A stretch of DNA of 64,000 bases from the NCBI GenBank assembly GCA_902593795.1, contig CACJJR010000001.1, positions 4,170 through 68,169 on the forward strand, read 5' to 3'. The notes beneath the pieces are model-generated. The model was not told the origin of the DNA. It saw nothing but the letters and a program-made list of their open reading frames with translations, and did not search any database. A program made the position numbers and the translations under genes. This stretch comes from an uncultured Candidatus Actinomarina sp. (GTDB lineage Bacteria; Actinomycetota; Acidimicrobiia; Actinomarinales; Actinomarinaceae). This document shows positions 51,247 to 61,205 of the stretch, piece by piece; positions within the stretch are counted from its first letter, which is position 1, and each line of letters opens with the position of its first letter.

Positions 51247-51322
51247 TGGTGGCCAGAGGCAGAATCGAACTGCCGACCCCTTGTTTTTCAGACAAGTGCT
51301 CTACCGACTGAGCTATCTGGCC
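51247..51322 (-). tRNA. tRNA-Phe(GAA)
   Basis: GGCCAGA acceptor stem, CT-GAA-AA loop, GTTCGATT T-loop, encoded CCA. Confidence 0.97.
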
Positions 51323-51327
51323 AAAAG

Positions 51328-51402
51328 CGGGGACGACGGGATTCGAACCCGCGACCTCCTGCGTGACAGGCAGGCGTGAACTCCAGACTTCACCACGCCC
51401 CC
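51328..51402 (-). tRNA. tRNA-Asp(GTC)
   Basis: GGGGGCG/CGTCCCC stem, CT-GTC-AC loop, GGTTCGAATCC; CCA not encoded. Confidence 0.96.
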
Positions 51403-51529
51403 AAGTATTCAAAGTATAATTATAAATATTAATTATGTATTTTCTTTTTTTGACAGATTAAAAAATTAAACAACAATATATAAAAATTTGTTTATATAAC
51501 AAAATATTTAATTACAATTATGTCAAATA

Positions 51530-52966
51530 ATGAAAATATACAACTTATCAAAATACTTTTTACGATTTTTAGTTTTACAGACAACTATTACTGCTATAAC
51601 CATTTGGTATTTTGATAATTATTTAATTGGTGATTATGCTGATGGATTTGTAAAAATTAAGGATAACCTTTTTGAAGATCGTAATAGGTTCTATCCTTTT
51701 GTAACAAACGATTTCATAAAAATTGATATATATTTAGCATTCTTCGTTTTTATATTTTTAATTATTCTCTATTTATCAAAGTATTATTCGTATGTAAATG
51801 ATTTATCGTTTACGGTTAATAAAAATATTTTAGATGATTATATTCCAATTTATTTGATCTGGACTGCAAGTTTTCTAAGTTTTCTTCAACTATTCAGATT
51901 TGATGAAGTATCGAGATTTCACACTATTGTGTTAACTTTTATTGTTCCATTTATATTGGTAATCTTTAGAAACAGCGAGTTTGTTTCAAGTATTCTTGGG
52001 AGAAATCCTACAAAGGAAAATTTTATATGCTTTAATCTAAAGACTGATTCAGTTTTTAGAGAATTAAGAATTCTAACTTTCAGAAATGAGCTAGCGAATT
52101 TTACAAGTGAAATTGAAGACTTTAGTTTTTATAAAAATACCATCGAAGGCTTTAATAAGGAAAACGAAATTAACATCTTGGTATTTGATTTTTCTGATTT
52201 AGAATTCATACCTGATGATTTTATAAAATATTTAATTAATTTGAATAAGAAAATCTTAATTATTTCGAACCCTCAATTAACTTTTAGTACAAATTTAGTT
52301 TTTAGAACAAAGCGAATTTCAAATAAAAGTATTTTTTACTTAAATAATGACATCCAATATGGATCTAATTATATTGCAAAAAGACTTCTGGATATTTTCT
52401 GCTTGATATTCTTCTCAATTATCTATTTACCAATTGCTATAGTTGCTTATTTTTATATCTCTATTTCTGATGGTAGGCCAGCATTAATCAAGCAGACTAG
52501 AGTTGGCTTGCACGGAAAAAATTTCAAAATGTATAAATTTAGAACTATGAAGACTGATTCTCACCTTGAAAGAAAAGGCCTTGAGGAACTAAATACTAAT
52601 ACTGGTCCACTTTTTAAAATTAAAAATGATCCAAGAATATTTAAAGGTGGTAATTTTTTAAGAAAATATAGCATTGATGAGATACCACAGCTATTAAATG
52701 TGTTAAAAGGAGAGATGTCAGTAGTGGGGCCTAGGCCTCTTTTTCCAGAAGATAATAAGCATTATGATGAAAATTACATCAGAAGACTAAACGTAATGCC
52801 AGGAATAACTGGTTTACTCCAGATTAATGAACGTAATACAGGTGATTTTAAAATATGGTTTAAATATGATTTAGAATATATTGAAAATTGGAATTTGTTT
52901 TTAGACTTAAAAATTATATTATTGACTCCAATTTCTATATTTAAATCAAAGGCAAGTGGAATTTAG
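51530..52966 (+). CDS. Priming polyprenyl-phosphate sugar phosphotransferase (WcaJ/WbaP/CpsE family)
   Basis: KRLLDI, Q.RVG, KFRTM, DPR, SIDEIPQL.NVLKGEMSVVGPRP, PGITGL.Q. Confidence 0.93.
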   Translation: MKIYNLSKYFLRFLVLQTTITAITIWYFDNYLIGDYADGFVKIKDNLFEDRNRFYPFVTNDFIKIDIYLAFFVFIFLIILYLSKYYSYVNDLSFTVNKNILDDYIPIYLIWTASFLSFLQLFRFDEVSRFHTIVLTFIVPFILVIFRNSEFVSSILGRNPTKENFICFNLKTDSVFRELRILTFRNELANFTSEIEDFSFYKNTIEGFNKENEINILVFDFSDLEFIPDDFIKYLINLNKKILIISNPQLTFSTNLVFRTKRISNKSIFYLNNDIQYGSNYIAKRLLDIFCLIFFSIIYLPIAIVAYFYISISDGRPALIKQTRVGLHGKNFKMYKFRTMKTDSHLERKGLEELNTNTGPLFKIKNDPRIFKGGNFLRKYSIDEIPQLLNVLKGEMSVVGPRPLFPEDNKHYDENYIRRLNVMPGITGLLQINERNTGDFKIWFKYDLEYIENWNLFLDLKIILLTPISIFKSKASGI

Positions 52967-52973
52967 CTTTTAG

Positions 52974-53046
52974 TGGGTCGGGTGGGAATCGAACCCACGA
53001 CCTTGAGCTTAAAAGGCTCCTGCTCTGCCGATTGAGCTACCGACCC
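52974..53046 (-). tRNA. tRNA-Lys(TTT)
   Basis: GGGTCGG/CCGACCC stem, CT-TTT-AA loop, GGTTCGATTCC. Confidence 0.96.
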
Positions 53047-53105
53047 AGTTAATCAATAACAAGAAACATTATAAACATTTCATTTCTATATAAGGAATGT
53101 AAAGC

Positions 53106-53417
53106 TTATTCTTCCTCTGTAGAAATAAAATCTGTTTGTGTAGAAAACTTATTTTTTGTTTCACTTATTAAACTTTTGAGTTCCGTATTTATATCGCTAA
53201 CAATCTCTTTTGTTTCTTTTTTTATCACTTCATCTGTTACGGTAGATTCGACTGTTTGAATTATATTATTAATTAATTGAGAAGTATTTTCAATTGTATT
53301 TTTAAAGGTATCCTTTAAATCTTCAACTAAATCTTCTTCGTCAATACGAGATTTAATTTTTTTTGCAACATTTGAAATATCATTTGATATTTCAACCCAT
53401 TTTTGTTCATCATTCAT
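53106..53417 (-). CDS. Hypothetical acidic helical protein
   Basis: 103-aa ORF with TATAAT 7 nt before ATG. Confidence 0.6.
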   Translation of the reverse strand: MNDEQKWVEISNDISNVAKKIKSRIDEEDLVEDLKDTFKNTIENTSQLINNIIQTVESTVTDEVIKKETKEIVSDINTELKSLISETKNKFSTQTDFISTEEE

Positions 53418-53434
53418 ATTGCTTATTATATTGC

Positions 53435-54277
53435 TTAGTAGTTTGCTTTGTCACTAAATCTCAAGTTAGGAGATTTAGTTATTCTTTGCTTTGCCCAACG
53501 AGCAGGAGCGATAAGTCGAAAAAATGGGGGCAAAAAAGGTCTTGTAATTTTAAGTAATAAAAGATTGAAGTTAACTAAGACATTTTTGTATTTTGAACTT
53601 CTAATTCCATAAATTTCTTTAAATTCTTTTGGTAAGGTATTAAATGCTGTAAACGCAATAAAAGGCCAAATTGGTTTGATATGTTTGGGTACTGGTCCTC
53701 CTCCAATAATTTCATAAACATCCATTGCAACATCTGTCTTTACTAAATAATTATTTTCTTGTGATTTTTCAGTTACCCACTGTTTCAATTCATCATGAGT
53801 TTTTGGAATTTGATTTCTGTCAACTAAAACTAATTCGGCTGCGAAGCAATTTTCTTCATGGTATTTATTTTTTTCTCTTTCTGTTAACTTTCCTACTGTT
53901 TTTTCATAAAAATAAATTGATGAGATCTGCAAACATGCATGCACCCACAAAAGTTGCTCATGATCTAAGGCATCATAGTATCCACCAGTTATTTCATCTT
54001 CTCCTTTAATTACCTCATGTAACTTATTAATTCTGTGAGCGCTTTCATCAGCTTCAGCTTTGGTTCCAAATGTTACGGAATTTTGAAGTGAAAGTGTTCT
54101 GATTAATCTTTTCCAAGGATCTCTTTGATAAAAGGAAGTCTGCCTTGCTCCTGCTGCAATTAAAGGGTGGGCTGCATGCATTAAAAGAGCTCTTGCCCCA
54201 CCAAATAATACTGTGATCTCTTTATTTACTTTCCACATCATAGATTTAGGGCCAAAATATCCAGGGTCTCCGCGCAT
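53435..54277 (-). CDS. MpaB/DUF2236 oxygenase-family protein
   Basis: GYFGP.S..W.V, GG.RALL..AHP, RL.RT, YDA.D...LLWVHA. Confidence 0.88.
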   Translation of the reverse strand: MRGDPGYFGPKSMMWKVNKEITVLFGGARALLMHAAHPLIAAGARQTSFYQRDPWKRLIRTLSLQNSVTFGTKAEADESAHRINKLHEVIKGEDEITGGYYDALDHEQLLWVHACLQISSIYFYEKTVGKLTEREKNKYHEENCFAAELVLVDRNQIPKTHDELKQWVTEKSQENNYLVKTDVAMDVYEIIGGGPVPKHIKPIWPFIAFTAFNTLPKEFKEIYGIRSSKYKNVLVNFNLLLLKITRPFLPPFFRLIAPARWAKQRITKSPNLRFSDKANY

Positions 54278-54343
54278 ATTTATATTTTAAACTGTTTAAA
54301 AGGTATAGCTAATTGAGTAAGTGTGAATATAATTGGATTTCAT

Positions 54344-54643
54344 ATGAAAAGACAAATTGAATTAATTTGTGGTGCTTCAGAGTCAACTCCTGACTTTGAA
54401 GCAATTGATAACAGTTCGAATTTTATTTTTACTCCAGATCCTAATTTTACTCCAATAAGACTCTTTGACTTAGATGGTAATGTAGTCTTTCTTAATTCGT
54501 GGATTGAATGTGCTTATTACGTAAGAGGTGGTTGGACTGATAATATATCAGATTTTTTTAATGGTGAGAAATTTTTATTTTTTTTAATCGCTGGACTGTT
54601 TATTGCTTTTAATTTATTCAAAGACAAGGTGTTCTCTCGTTGA
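54344..54643 (+). CDS. Small two-Cys protein with C-terminal TM anchor, paralog of 41027..41320
   Basis: Alignment to paralog favours ATG 54344 over GTG 54323; shared motifs; TTGA overlap with next gene. Confidence 0.8.
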   Translation: MKRQIELICGASESTPDFEAIDNSSNFIFTPDPNFTPIRLFDLDGNVVFLNSWIECAYYVRGGWTDNISDFFNGEKFLFFLIAGLFIAFNLFKDKVFSR

Positions 54644-56724
54644 ATAAATTAAATAGCATTAATATATTTTGGAAAATTTTAATAATATTTGTAGCTTTAA
54701 TCCTGATATTTGGATATTTTAGTAATAGTGAATTAGAACCATACGCTTCAAAATCAGTTGATGGTTTTTCAGATTGGCTTAATTACTACCGTGAACTCAA
54801 ATGCGAATTCTCTTTGTTTGAAATCACAAAGTCATATATATTTGAACATGAAATTACACTTAGAAATGAACCAAGTGGTGATATAGAGTGTTTTGGAAAA
54901 AATTTTTATATTGACTATATACGTGAACAAAAAGTAGAAGATGGCTTTGATAAATTTTCACCTAGCAAAGTTATTTTAAGAATCTCAACAAACTTACATT
55001 TAGACTTAATTTTCCAATCAGCAATTTGGTTAATTATTTTTTCATTTATACCAAAAAACAAATCAAATGAATTTAAGATAAACAGATGGACAATCTTTTT
55101 GTCTTTAGCTTTGCTGTATTTACATACATATGGCGAAAAAGAATTTTATAAAACCTTAAGCCGTGATTTTTCTCATTTATTCTTTTTTAGAGAATATAAC
55201 AACTCATTAGTATTCAGTAATTACTACCTTTACACATATTTACTTTCAATCTTCATAATGTTTTATTTTTTAAAAAATATTCTTGAATCGAGAGCTTATA
55301 ATTTAGTAAATTATTTCCCATATTTATTTTTATTTTACGGTACTTTTGCCTCTCTAAATTTAAACTTCTTTGTAATTGTATTAAGTTTTTTAGGTATCAA
55401 TAAACTTTTGGTAAGTAAGCCTAACTTTAAGTTTTCTATTTTTTATTTATTCTTTTTTATAATTTGGATGTTTAATTTGGAAAATATCGATTCAAATTTT
55501 GATGTTGATAAAATTAGAGGGTTTGCAAATACATCACAAACTTATTTTTCTTTAATATTCTGGAGTTTAGTTTTTTATCTTGTTGCAATAGGTACGTATT
55601 ATCTTGTTGAAATTTCTATAGATAGTATTGATCTTAAATTGATAACAAATAATTTATTGATTACTTCATCTTTTTTAATTTTTTTTGGAATCTTATCTTC
55701 TCTAAATCAAGTATTTAATTTTTTAAGTTTCTATGTCTTCGGTTTAAACAAAACTGGAATGAACTCAATTACAGGAGTTGAAGGAAATGCTTGGAGAGGA
55801 TTAGCTCCGAGCGCTGAAGGCATTGGTGAGTTTTATGCTTTTGTTATCTTGTTTTCAGTTATTTCGTTTATAGTTTCTAATTTTGATTTTAAAACTCACC
55901 ATTACATAATGATTTTTATAACTCTATATGGCCTTTATAGGGCCAACAATGCTGCTGCAATAATTTCATTAACAATTCTTTTGATTATTACGATTATTCA
56001 CAAAAATATATTAGATAAGAAGCTAAAAACACTAGTTTATTTAATATTAATTGCAATATTGTTAATAGGAGCTTATTCCTTACTTAATAATTATTCTTTT
56101 GAGTTTCTTAGTGGAGCTATTATGTATGAATCAGTACAAGCTTCCAATATTGATTATGAATTTAATCTAAATCAATATAACCTATCAGCCGCAGAAGAAG
56201 CAAACTATGCTTTTCTGTTAAACTTGCCAAAAGATCAAACAAACTTTTCTTCCTCTTTACAGTATTTGCTAAATTCTTATACATATGGAAATAAGATTCA
56301 AAATATACCAAGCGTTCTTTCATCAATAAGTGCCGCATCTTACTTTATTAATCGATCAGAAAAGTGGGGTATTTTTATTTCAAAATATAATCCTGATGTA
56401 TATGAATTGCTTTTTGGCTATGGACCTAATCAATTCCCTGAATATTTTTTAGGACACAACAACATTTACCAAGATGGCCTTATTCTTCCACATTCTTCTA
56501 TTCTCAGCTATTTATTATTCTTTGGAATAATAGGCTTAGGAGTTTTGTTTGTAGTGGTTGGTAAATTTATTTTAGTTAACAAAGATAATTTTTATGGAAT
56601 TATACTTTTAATGTTTTTTTTAATAAATTTTATTAAAAGTGATTCACTTATATATTTTCCAAACCTTGTTTTAATTTCTATTTTATTTAATTTAATTAGA
56701 TTCAGATTAATTTCTAAGGACTGA
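54640..56724 (+). CDS. O-antigen ligase / oligosaccharyltransferase-like membrane protein with N-terminal two-Cys domain
   Basis: Multi-TM; NR..KW, LFGYGP, PHSS..SYLLFFG.IG (Wzy_C-like). Confidence 0.75.
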   Translation: MNKLNSINIFWKILIIFVALILIFGYFSNSELEPYASKSVDGFSDWLNYYRELKCEFSLFEITKSYIFEHEITLRNEPSGDIECFGKNFYIDYIREQKVEDGFDKFSPSKVILRISTNLHLDLIFQSAIWLIIFSFIPKNKSNEFKINRWTIFLSLALLYLHTYGEKEFYKTLSRDFSHLFFFREYNNSLVFSNYYLYTYLLSIFIMFYFLKNILESRAYNLVNYFPYLFLFYGTFASLNLNFFVIVLSFLGINKLLVSKPNFKFSIFYLFFFIIWMFNLENIDSNFDVDKIRGFANTSQTYFSLIFWSLVFYLVAIGTYYLVEISIDSIDLKLITNNLLITSSFLIFFGILSSLNQVFNFLSFYVFGLNKTGMNSITGVEGNAWRGLAPSAEGIGEFYAFVILFSVISFIVSNFDFKTHHYIMIFITLYGLYRANNAAAIISLTILLIITIIHKNILDKKLKTLVYLILIAILLIGAYSLLNNYSFEFLSGAIMYESVQASNIDYEFNLNQYNLSAAEEANYAFLLNLPKDQTNFSSSLQYLLNSYTYGNKIQNIPSVLSSISAASYFINRSEKWGIFISKYNPDVYELLFGYGPNQFPEYFLGHNNIYQDGLILPHSSILSYLLFFGIIGLGVLFVVVGKFILVNKDNFYGIILLMFFLINFIKSDSLIYFPNLVLISILFNLIRFRLISKD

Positions 56725-56728
56725 AGAT

Positions 56729-57880
56729 ATGAATAAAAATCTTCATTATATTACCTTTCAATCATTTCCAATGTTTAGTGCAAATACAATAGTCACAATG
56801 AAAATGTTGAAATATTTTAAAAAAAAGGAGTACGATGTTTCTCTAATTTTTCCTGGAAGAAATAAAGTTAAATCCTCAGAGGAAGAAATTCTAAAATTTT
56901 ATGGAGTATCTGAGAAAATTAATATATACAGAACAAATTACTTACTTCCTTTTGGAAAAATTAATTTTTTTAATAAATCTAGTTTTAGAATAAGTCATTT
57001 TTTATGGTCAGTTTTCATTTGGTTAAAATATAAATTTAATAATGTAGATTACAAAAATACTATTTTGCTTACAAGGTCAAGCTGGGTGCTTTATTTTTTT
57101 TCATTTAGTAAATATAAAATAGTTTTTGAATGTCATAAATTTTCAAAGCTAACTAAATACATTTTAAAACTTTTAAGGAAAAAGTATAATTGCGGTTACA
57201 CTTTTTCAAATGAATTATTAAAAAATTGTTTTGAACTAAGCAAGATACAAGAAAATAATACAATAATTGCTCCGTCAGCTTATGATGAGGACGAATTTAA
57301 TAAAAAGGAACATATCAAAAATGAGAATGAAGTTATATTTGTTGGAAGATTTACACGATTTAATAAAGACAGAAACTTAGATTTTCTCATCGAAGCTTTT
57401 AGCAAAGAAGAACTCCAGACTTATAAACTTAAATTAATTGGTGGTCCAAAAAAAATAGCTGAGCAGTTGAGAAGTACAATAGAAGAAAAAAATGTAAACA
57501 ACATTACTGTATTAGATTATATGCCACAAGCTCAGTTGATTCAAACACTATCAAAAAGTGAAATCGGTATTTTAATTAATTCAGCAGGAGACAGACACTC
57601 AAGAATGCATACATCACCCGTTAAATATTTTGAATATATAAGGGCTGGTCTTAAAGTTTTGGCAATTGACTTTGAATCACATAGAGCTTTACCTTACTCT
57701 AAACAAATTTTTTATTTTGATGAAGGAAATTTAACCAGTTTTATAAATGGATTGTCAACATTAAGTAAAAAAAATTCAATGAAATATTCAAATATCAACA
57801 AATATTCGTATGACAGCAAAGTTAATTCAATAGATAATTTATTTGCACGCCTGGAGGGACTCGAACCCCCAACCCTCTGA
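56729..57880 (+). CDS. GT4 glycosyltransferase; 3' end overlaps antisense tRNA-Arg
   Basis: FP..SAN, FECH, FVGR, TSPVKYFEY..AG. Confidence 0.88.
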   Translation: MNKNLHYITFQSFPMFSANTIVTMKMLKYFKKKEYDVSLIFPGRNKVKSSEEEILKFYGVSEKINIYRTNYLLPFGKINFFNKSSFRISHFLWSVFIWLKYKFNNVDYKNTILLTRSSWVLYFFSFSKYKIVFECHKFSKLTKYILKLLRKKYNCGYTFSNELLKNCFELSKIQENNTIIAPSAYDEDEFNKKEHIKNENEVIFVGRFTRFNKDRNLDFLIEAFSKEELQTYKLKLIGGPKKIAEQLRSTIEEKNVNNITVLDYMPQAQLIQTLSKSEIGILINSAGDRHSRMHTSPVKYFEYIRAGLKVLAIDFESHRALPYSKQIFYFDEGNLTSFINGLSTLSKKNSMKYSNINKYSYDSKVNSIDNLFARLEGLEPPTL

Positions 57881-57919
57881 TCCGAAGTCAGATGCTCTAT
57901 CCAGTTGAGCCACAGGCGC
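57846..57919 (-). tRNA. tRNA-Arg(TCG)
   Basis: GCGCCTG/CAGGCGT stem, TCTGA-CT-TCG-GA-TCAGA anticodon arm, GGTTCGAGTCC. Confidence 0.95.
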
Positions 57920-57967
57920 AAGATTTTCTTCTAATCTAAACTTAATACTTATATAATAGTTAAAATA

Positions 57968-58702
57968 ATGAAAACTACTAAGGTACTTCAGACATACATT
58001 AGCGAGACAGATATAAGTGAAGTCTCAGATAAGTTGAATACTTCAACTGGAATTCAAGTAGCTATATGTAATGCAAACACTTTGGTTAGAAGCTCCAGAG
58101 ACTCGGAAATTAGAAATTTAATCAATAACTTTACAATCAAGACGCCTGACGGATTTCCAGTGGCAAAAGCTCTTTCCTTCCTAACTAAAGAAAAATTTTC
58201 AAGAGTTGATGGCTACAAAGTATTTCTACAAACAATTGAAGACGGTCTAGATAAAGCAAAAAAACATTATTTCTTTGGGAATAGTGAAGCAATAACTTCA
58301 TTGATGATTGGTAAATTAAACAATCTCTATCCAGAGATAAAAATAACTGGTTACCTTTGTCCAGAGTTTATAAGTAGTGATGAACTTGTTGCAAAATACA
58401 AAGATGAGATTGAGGCTATTGATGCAGATATTGTGTGGGTTTCACTTGGATTTCCAAAACAAGAAATATTCATCAATAATATATGCAATGAAGTTGAAAC
58501 CTCTGCCAACTTTGTTGGAGTTGGAGCAGTCTTTGAATGGGTTGCCGGCACAAAAAAGAAAGCGCCTGAGTGGTTAGCCAACCTAGGATTAGAGTGGTTG
58601 TTGAGATTAACCCAGGATCCAAGAAGACTGTATAAAAGATATTTAGTAGACAATACATTCTTTATACTTTACTTTTTGAGACAAGTGTTCTTTCGTAGAT
58701 AA
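57968..58702 (+). CDS. WecB/TagA/CpsF (GT26) glycosyltransferase
   Basis: PDG.PV, RVDG, VSLGFPKQE, GVGAVF, APEW...GLEWL.RL..DPRRL.KRY. Confidence 0.93.
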   Translation: MKTTKVLQTYISETDISEVSDKLNTSTGIQVAICNANTLVRSSRDSEIRNLINNFTIKTPDGFPVAKALSFLTKEKFSRVDGYKVFLQTIEDGLDKAKKHYFFGNSEAITSLMIGKLNNLYPEIKITGYLCPEFISSDELVAKYKDEIEAIDADIVWVSLGFPKQEIFINNICNEVETSANFVGVGAVFEWVAGTKKKAPEWLANLGLEWLLRLTQDPRRLYKRYLVDNTFFILYFLRQVFFRR

Positions 58703-58734
58703 ACAGTAAAATAAAGATTAGAAAATTAAGCTAA

Positions 58735-60375
58735 ATGAACAATGTTTTTAATAATTTAACTGACTCTCTATCCGCAGAGTTTAAAAATTTTGACTTAGAT
58801 GAAGTCGTACATTTTAGTCTTTCAAAACTAACTGATTACGACTTGCAAATTAATAATTTAGTTAAATACAATAAAGCAAGATACTTCAATGAATTACAAG
58901 AAAATATAATAAAAAAAATTAATTCATCAGAAATTTTTCAAACTGTTGATGAATCTAACCTAGGGTTTCTTAATTTAAGTCTTAATCATAATTTTCTTAT
59001 GAAACAAATAACTAATACTCAAAATGATTTTAAACACAATAAAAGTCATAAAATAATTTTTGACTATGGTGGTCCCAACATAGGTAAGCCCCTACATGTA
59101 GGACATATGCGCACTCTAAATATAGGTCGAAGTTTATATAATATTCACTCATTTATTGGAAACGAAGTAATAAGTGATATTCACCTTGGAGATTGGGGGA
59201 TGCCTATAGCTCAGATAATTACATACTTAGAAAGTAAAAATATAGATATAAAAATTTTAGATTCAAGTCAACTAGAAATAATTTATCCAAAAGCAAGTGA
59301 GATGTATAAAAATAATTTAGAATTCAGGGATCGTGCACAAGTAATAAATAAACTTTTAAATAATAATGATAAAAATCTTTTACAAATATGGGAATCAATT
59401 AAGAAAATTTCTATTGCAAGCCTTGAGGAAAATTTTAAAATACTGAATCATAATTTTGATTACTGGCTTGGTGAAAGTGATGTTAATGATTTAATACCAG
59501 GTATGATTGAAGATCTAATTAAAAATAATAAAGTTGTAGATGACGAAGGTGCGTTAATAAGTGTTGAAGATACAGACCCAAAAATTTTAATAACAAAATC
59601 AGACGGCTCATATTTATATATAACGACTGATCTTGCAACTATTTTGTATAGGCAAAATAATATAGGTTATGATAAAACACTATATATTGTTGATAATCGT
59701 CAATCACTCCACTTTAAACAACTGTTTAGCTCACTAAAATTTTTTAACTTTAATGACTTAGATCATGAACATATAGCATATGGAACATTAAACGATAGTA
59801 AAGGGAATCCTTTTAAGACTAGGGATGGGGGGACAAAGCCTCTACGTGAACTATTTAATGAAACCTATATATATATCGAAAAAATAAACAATTCTTTAGA
59901 CCATTCAACTATTTCTAAATTGACTAATTCTGTTTTAACATATAGCGACTTAATCACCAATAGAAAAACTGATTATAAATTTGATCTAGAAAAATTTACA
60001 AATGTTAATGGAAAAACAGGTATTTATGTACAGTATTCACAGGTAAGAGCTAGAAAATTGTTGGGGAATAGTGAGAGTCAAAATAGTGAGGTGACTGAAT
60101 TAATTTTAAATGACACGGACAAACAACTTCTTTCAAGACTATTCCTTTTTGGATACTTTTTGGAACAATCCGCATCTCTTAATGAACCTCACCATCTTGC
60201 CAACTATTTATATGAAATCTCAAATTTGTTTAATCAATTTTATGAAAATGAAAAAATATCAGACATAAACGATCCTCAACACGTTTCCTCAAAGCTGTTT
60301 ATTACTAATTTATTTTTAACGACAAGCAATAGTGTTATGTCATGCCTGGGAATTACCCCTGTAGATAAAATGTAA
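58735..60375 (+). CDS. argS: Arginine--tRNA ligase
   Basis: PNIGKPLHVGHMR, HLGDWG, KSDGSYLY.TTD, FKTR.G, C-terminal ..KM. Confidence 0.96.
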   Translation: MNNVFNNLTDSLSAEFKNFDLDEVVHFSLSKLTDYDLQINNLVKYNKARYFNELQENIIKKINSSEIFQTVDESNLGFLNLSLNHNFLMKQITNTQNDFKHNKSHKIIFDYGGPNIGKPLHVGHMRTLNIGRSLYNIHSFIGNEVISDIHLGDWGMPIAQIITYLESKNIDIKILDSSQLEIIYPKASEMYKNNLEFRDRAQVINKLLNNNDKNLLQIWESIKKISIASLEENFKILNHNFDYWLGESDVNDLIPGMIEDLIKNNKVVDDEGALISVEDTDPKILITKSDGSYLYITTDLATILYRQNNIGYDKTLYIVDNRQSLHFKQLFSSLKFFNFNDLDHEHIAYGTLNDSKGNPFKTRDGGTKPLRELFNETYIYIEKINNSLDHSTISKLTNSVLTYSDLITNRKTDYKFDLEKFTNVNGKTGIYVQYSQVRARKLLGNSESQNSEVTELILNDTDKQLLSRLFLFGYFLEQSASLNEPHHLANYLYEISNLFNQFYENEKISDINDPQHVSSKLFITNLFLTTSNSVMSCLGITPVDKM

Positions 60376-60918
60376 TTACAGAAATACTTGAGTAGAAAGT
60401 ATCCAAATAATTAATATCAAACTATAAGAGTGTTTATTTACTAGATTTAAATTTTTTCCAAAATTATGAAAAATAAATAAGACCAATGGTACTGTAATAA
60501 ATCCTGAAAATGATACTGCCCTAGCTACTGTTAGGTATTCATTAATAAATACATTTTGATTTCTAAGTAATATTTGTAAAGCTACCAAAAAGAACAGAGA
60601 AACGAATATTACAGAAATTATGTTTGTTAGTAAATTTTTAAATGATCTGTTCTCTATGAAGTATTCATTTAAAAATTCAACTGGAATAAATAAAATAAAA
60701 AGTGAAATAAAAAATGTAATTAGTGACCAAAAAAGGCCTTGACCACTCCAGCTTATAATCGCTTGAGAAACAAATCCAGAAGACTCTAGAAATAAATAAA
60801 CAGAAAACCCTAATAAAGATGTTCCTAACACAAAGCAATATAAGCCAATTACAGAGAAAACCTGACTTCGATTAAAAGATATATTGTTTTTACTCAGTTT
60901 ACTAACTTCGTGTTGCAT
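60376..60918 (-). CDS. Hypothetical multi-pass membrane protein
   Basis: About 5 hydrophobic segments; fills the gap exactly. Confidence 0.6.
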   Translation of the reverse strand: MQHEVSKLSKNNISFNRSQVFSVIGLYCFVLGTSLLGFSVYLFLESSGFVSQAIISWSGQGLFWSLITFFISLFILFIPVEFLNEYFIENRSFKNLLTNIISVIFVSLFFLVALQILLRNQNVFINEYLTVARAVSFSGFITVPLVLFIFHNFGKNLNLVNKHSYSLILIIWILSTQVFL

Positions 60919-60960
60919 AAAGACATATTAACTGTTTTTGTATTAAAATATTATTTAAAT

Positions 60961-61203
60961 ATGGAATTAATAGACACACCTAACCCAAATGCTAAAAAAA
61001 TTCTAGTAGATCATGAATATGAGATTGCGATATATATAAATAAAGAAAACACGGAAGATGTAGGGATAGGTAAGTTATTAATTGAAATTAATGGAATTGA
61101 CTCTGTTTTTACAGGCCCTGGCTTCTTAACAATAACCAAAGAAGGGGATGCAAGTTGGGACACTATTAATAACGATATATTAAATAAGTTTGATACAATA
61201 TAG
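60961..61203 (+). CDS. Nfu/NifU N-terminal scaffold domain protein
   Basis: TPNPNA.K, GI.SVF...FLTITK...W; ATG 60961 preferred over track start 60910. Confidence 0.82.
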   Translation: MELIDTPNPNAKKILVDHEYEIAIYINKENTEDVGIGKLLIEINGIDSVFTGPGFLTITKEGDASWDTINNDILNKFDTI

Positions 61204-61205
61204 CT

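Noticed and set aside
51124-51412. Track ORFs 51124..51366(+) and 51191..51412(-)
   Set aside because: They are shadows of tRNA-Phe and tRNA-Asp
54295-54320. ttaaaagg...attgag resembling tRNA-Lys
   Set aside because: Spacing between the matching blocks differs by 6 nt; low complexity
57712-57921. 69-aa minus-strand ORF
   Set aside because: Reads through tRNA-Arg and antisense to the GT4 gene
60910-60960. Track start for the Nfu_N protein
   Set aside because: Overlaps the divergent gene; the domain begins naturally at ATG 60961 (MELIDTPNPN)
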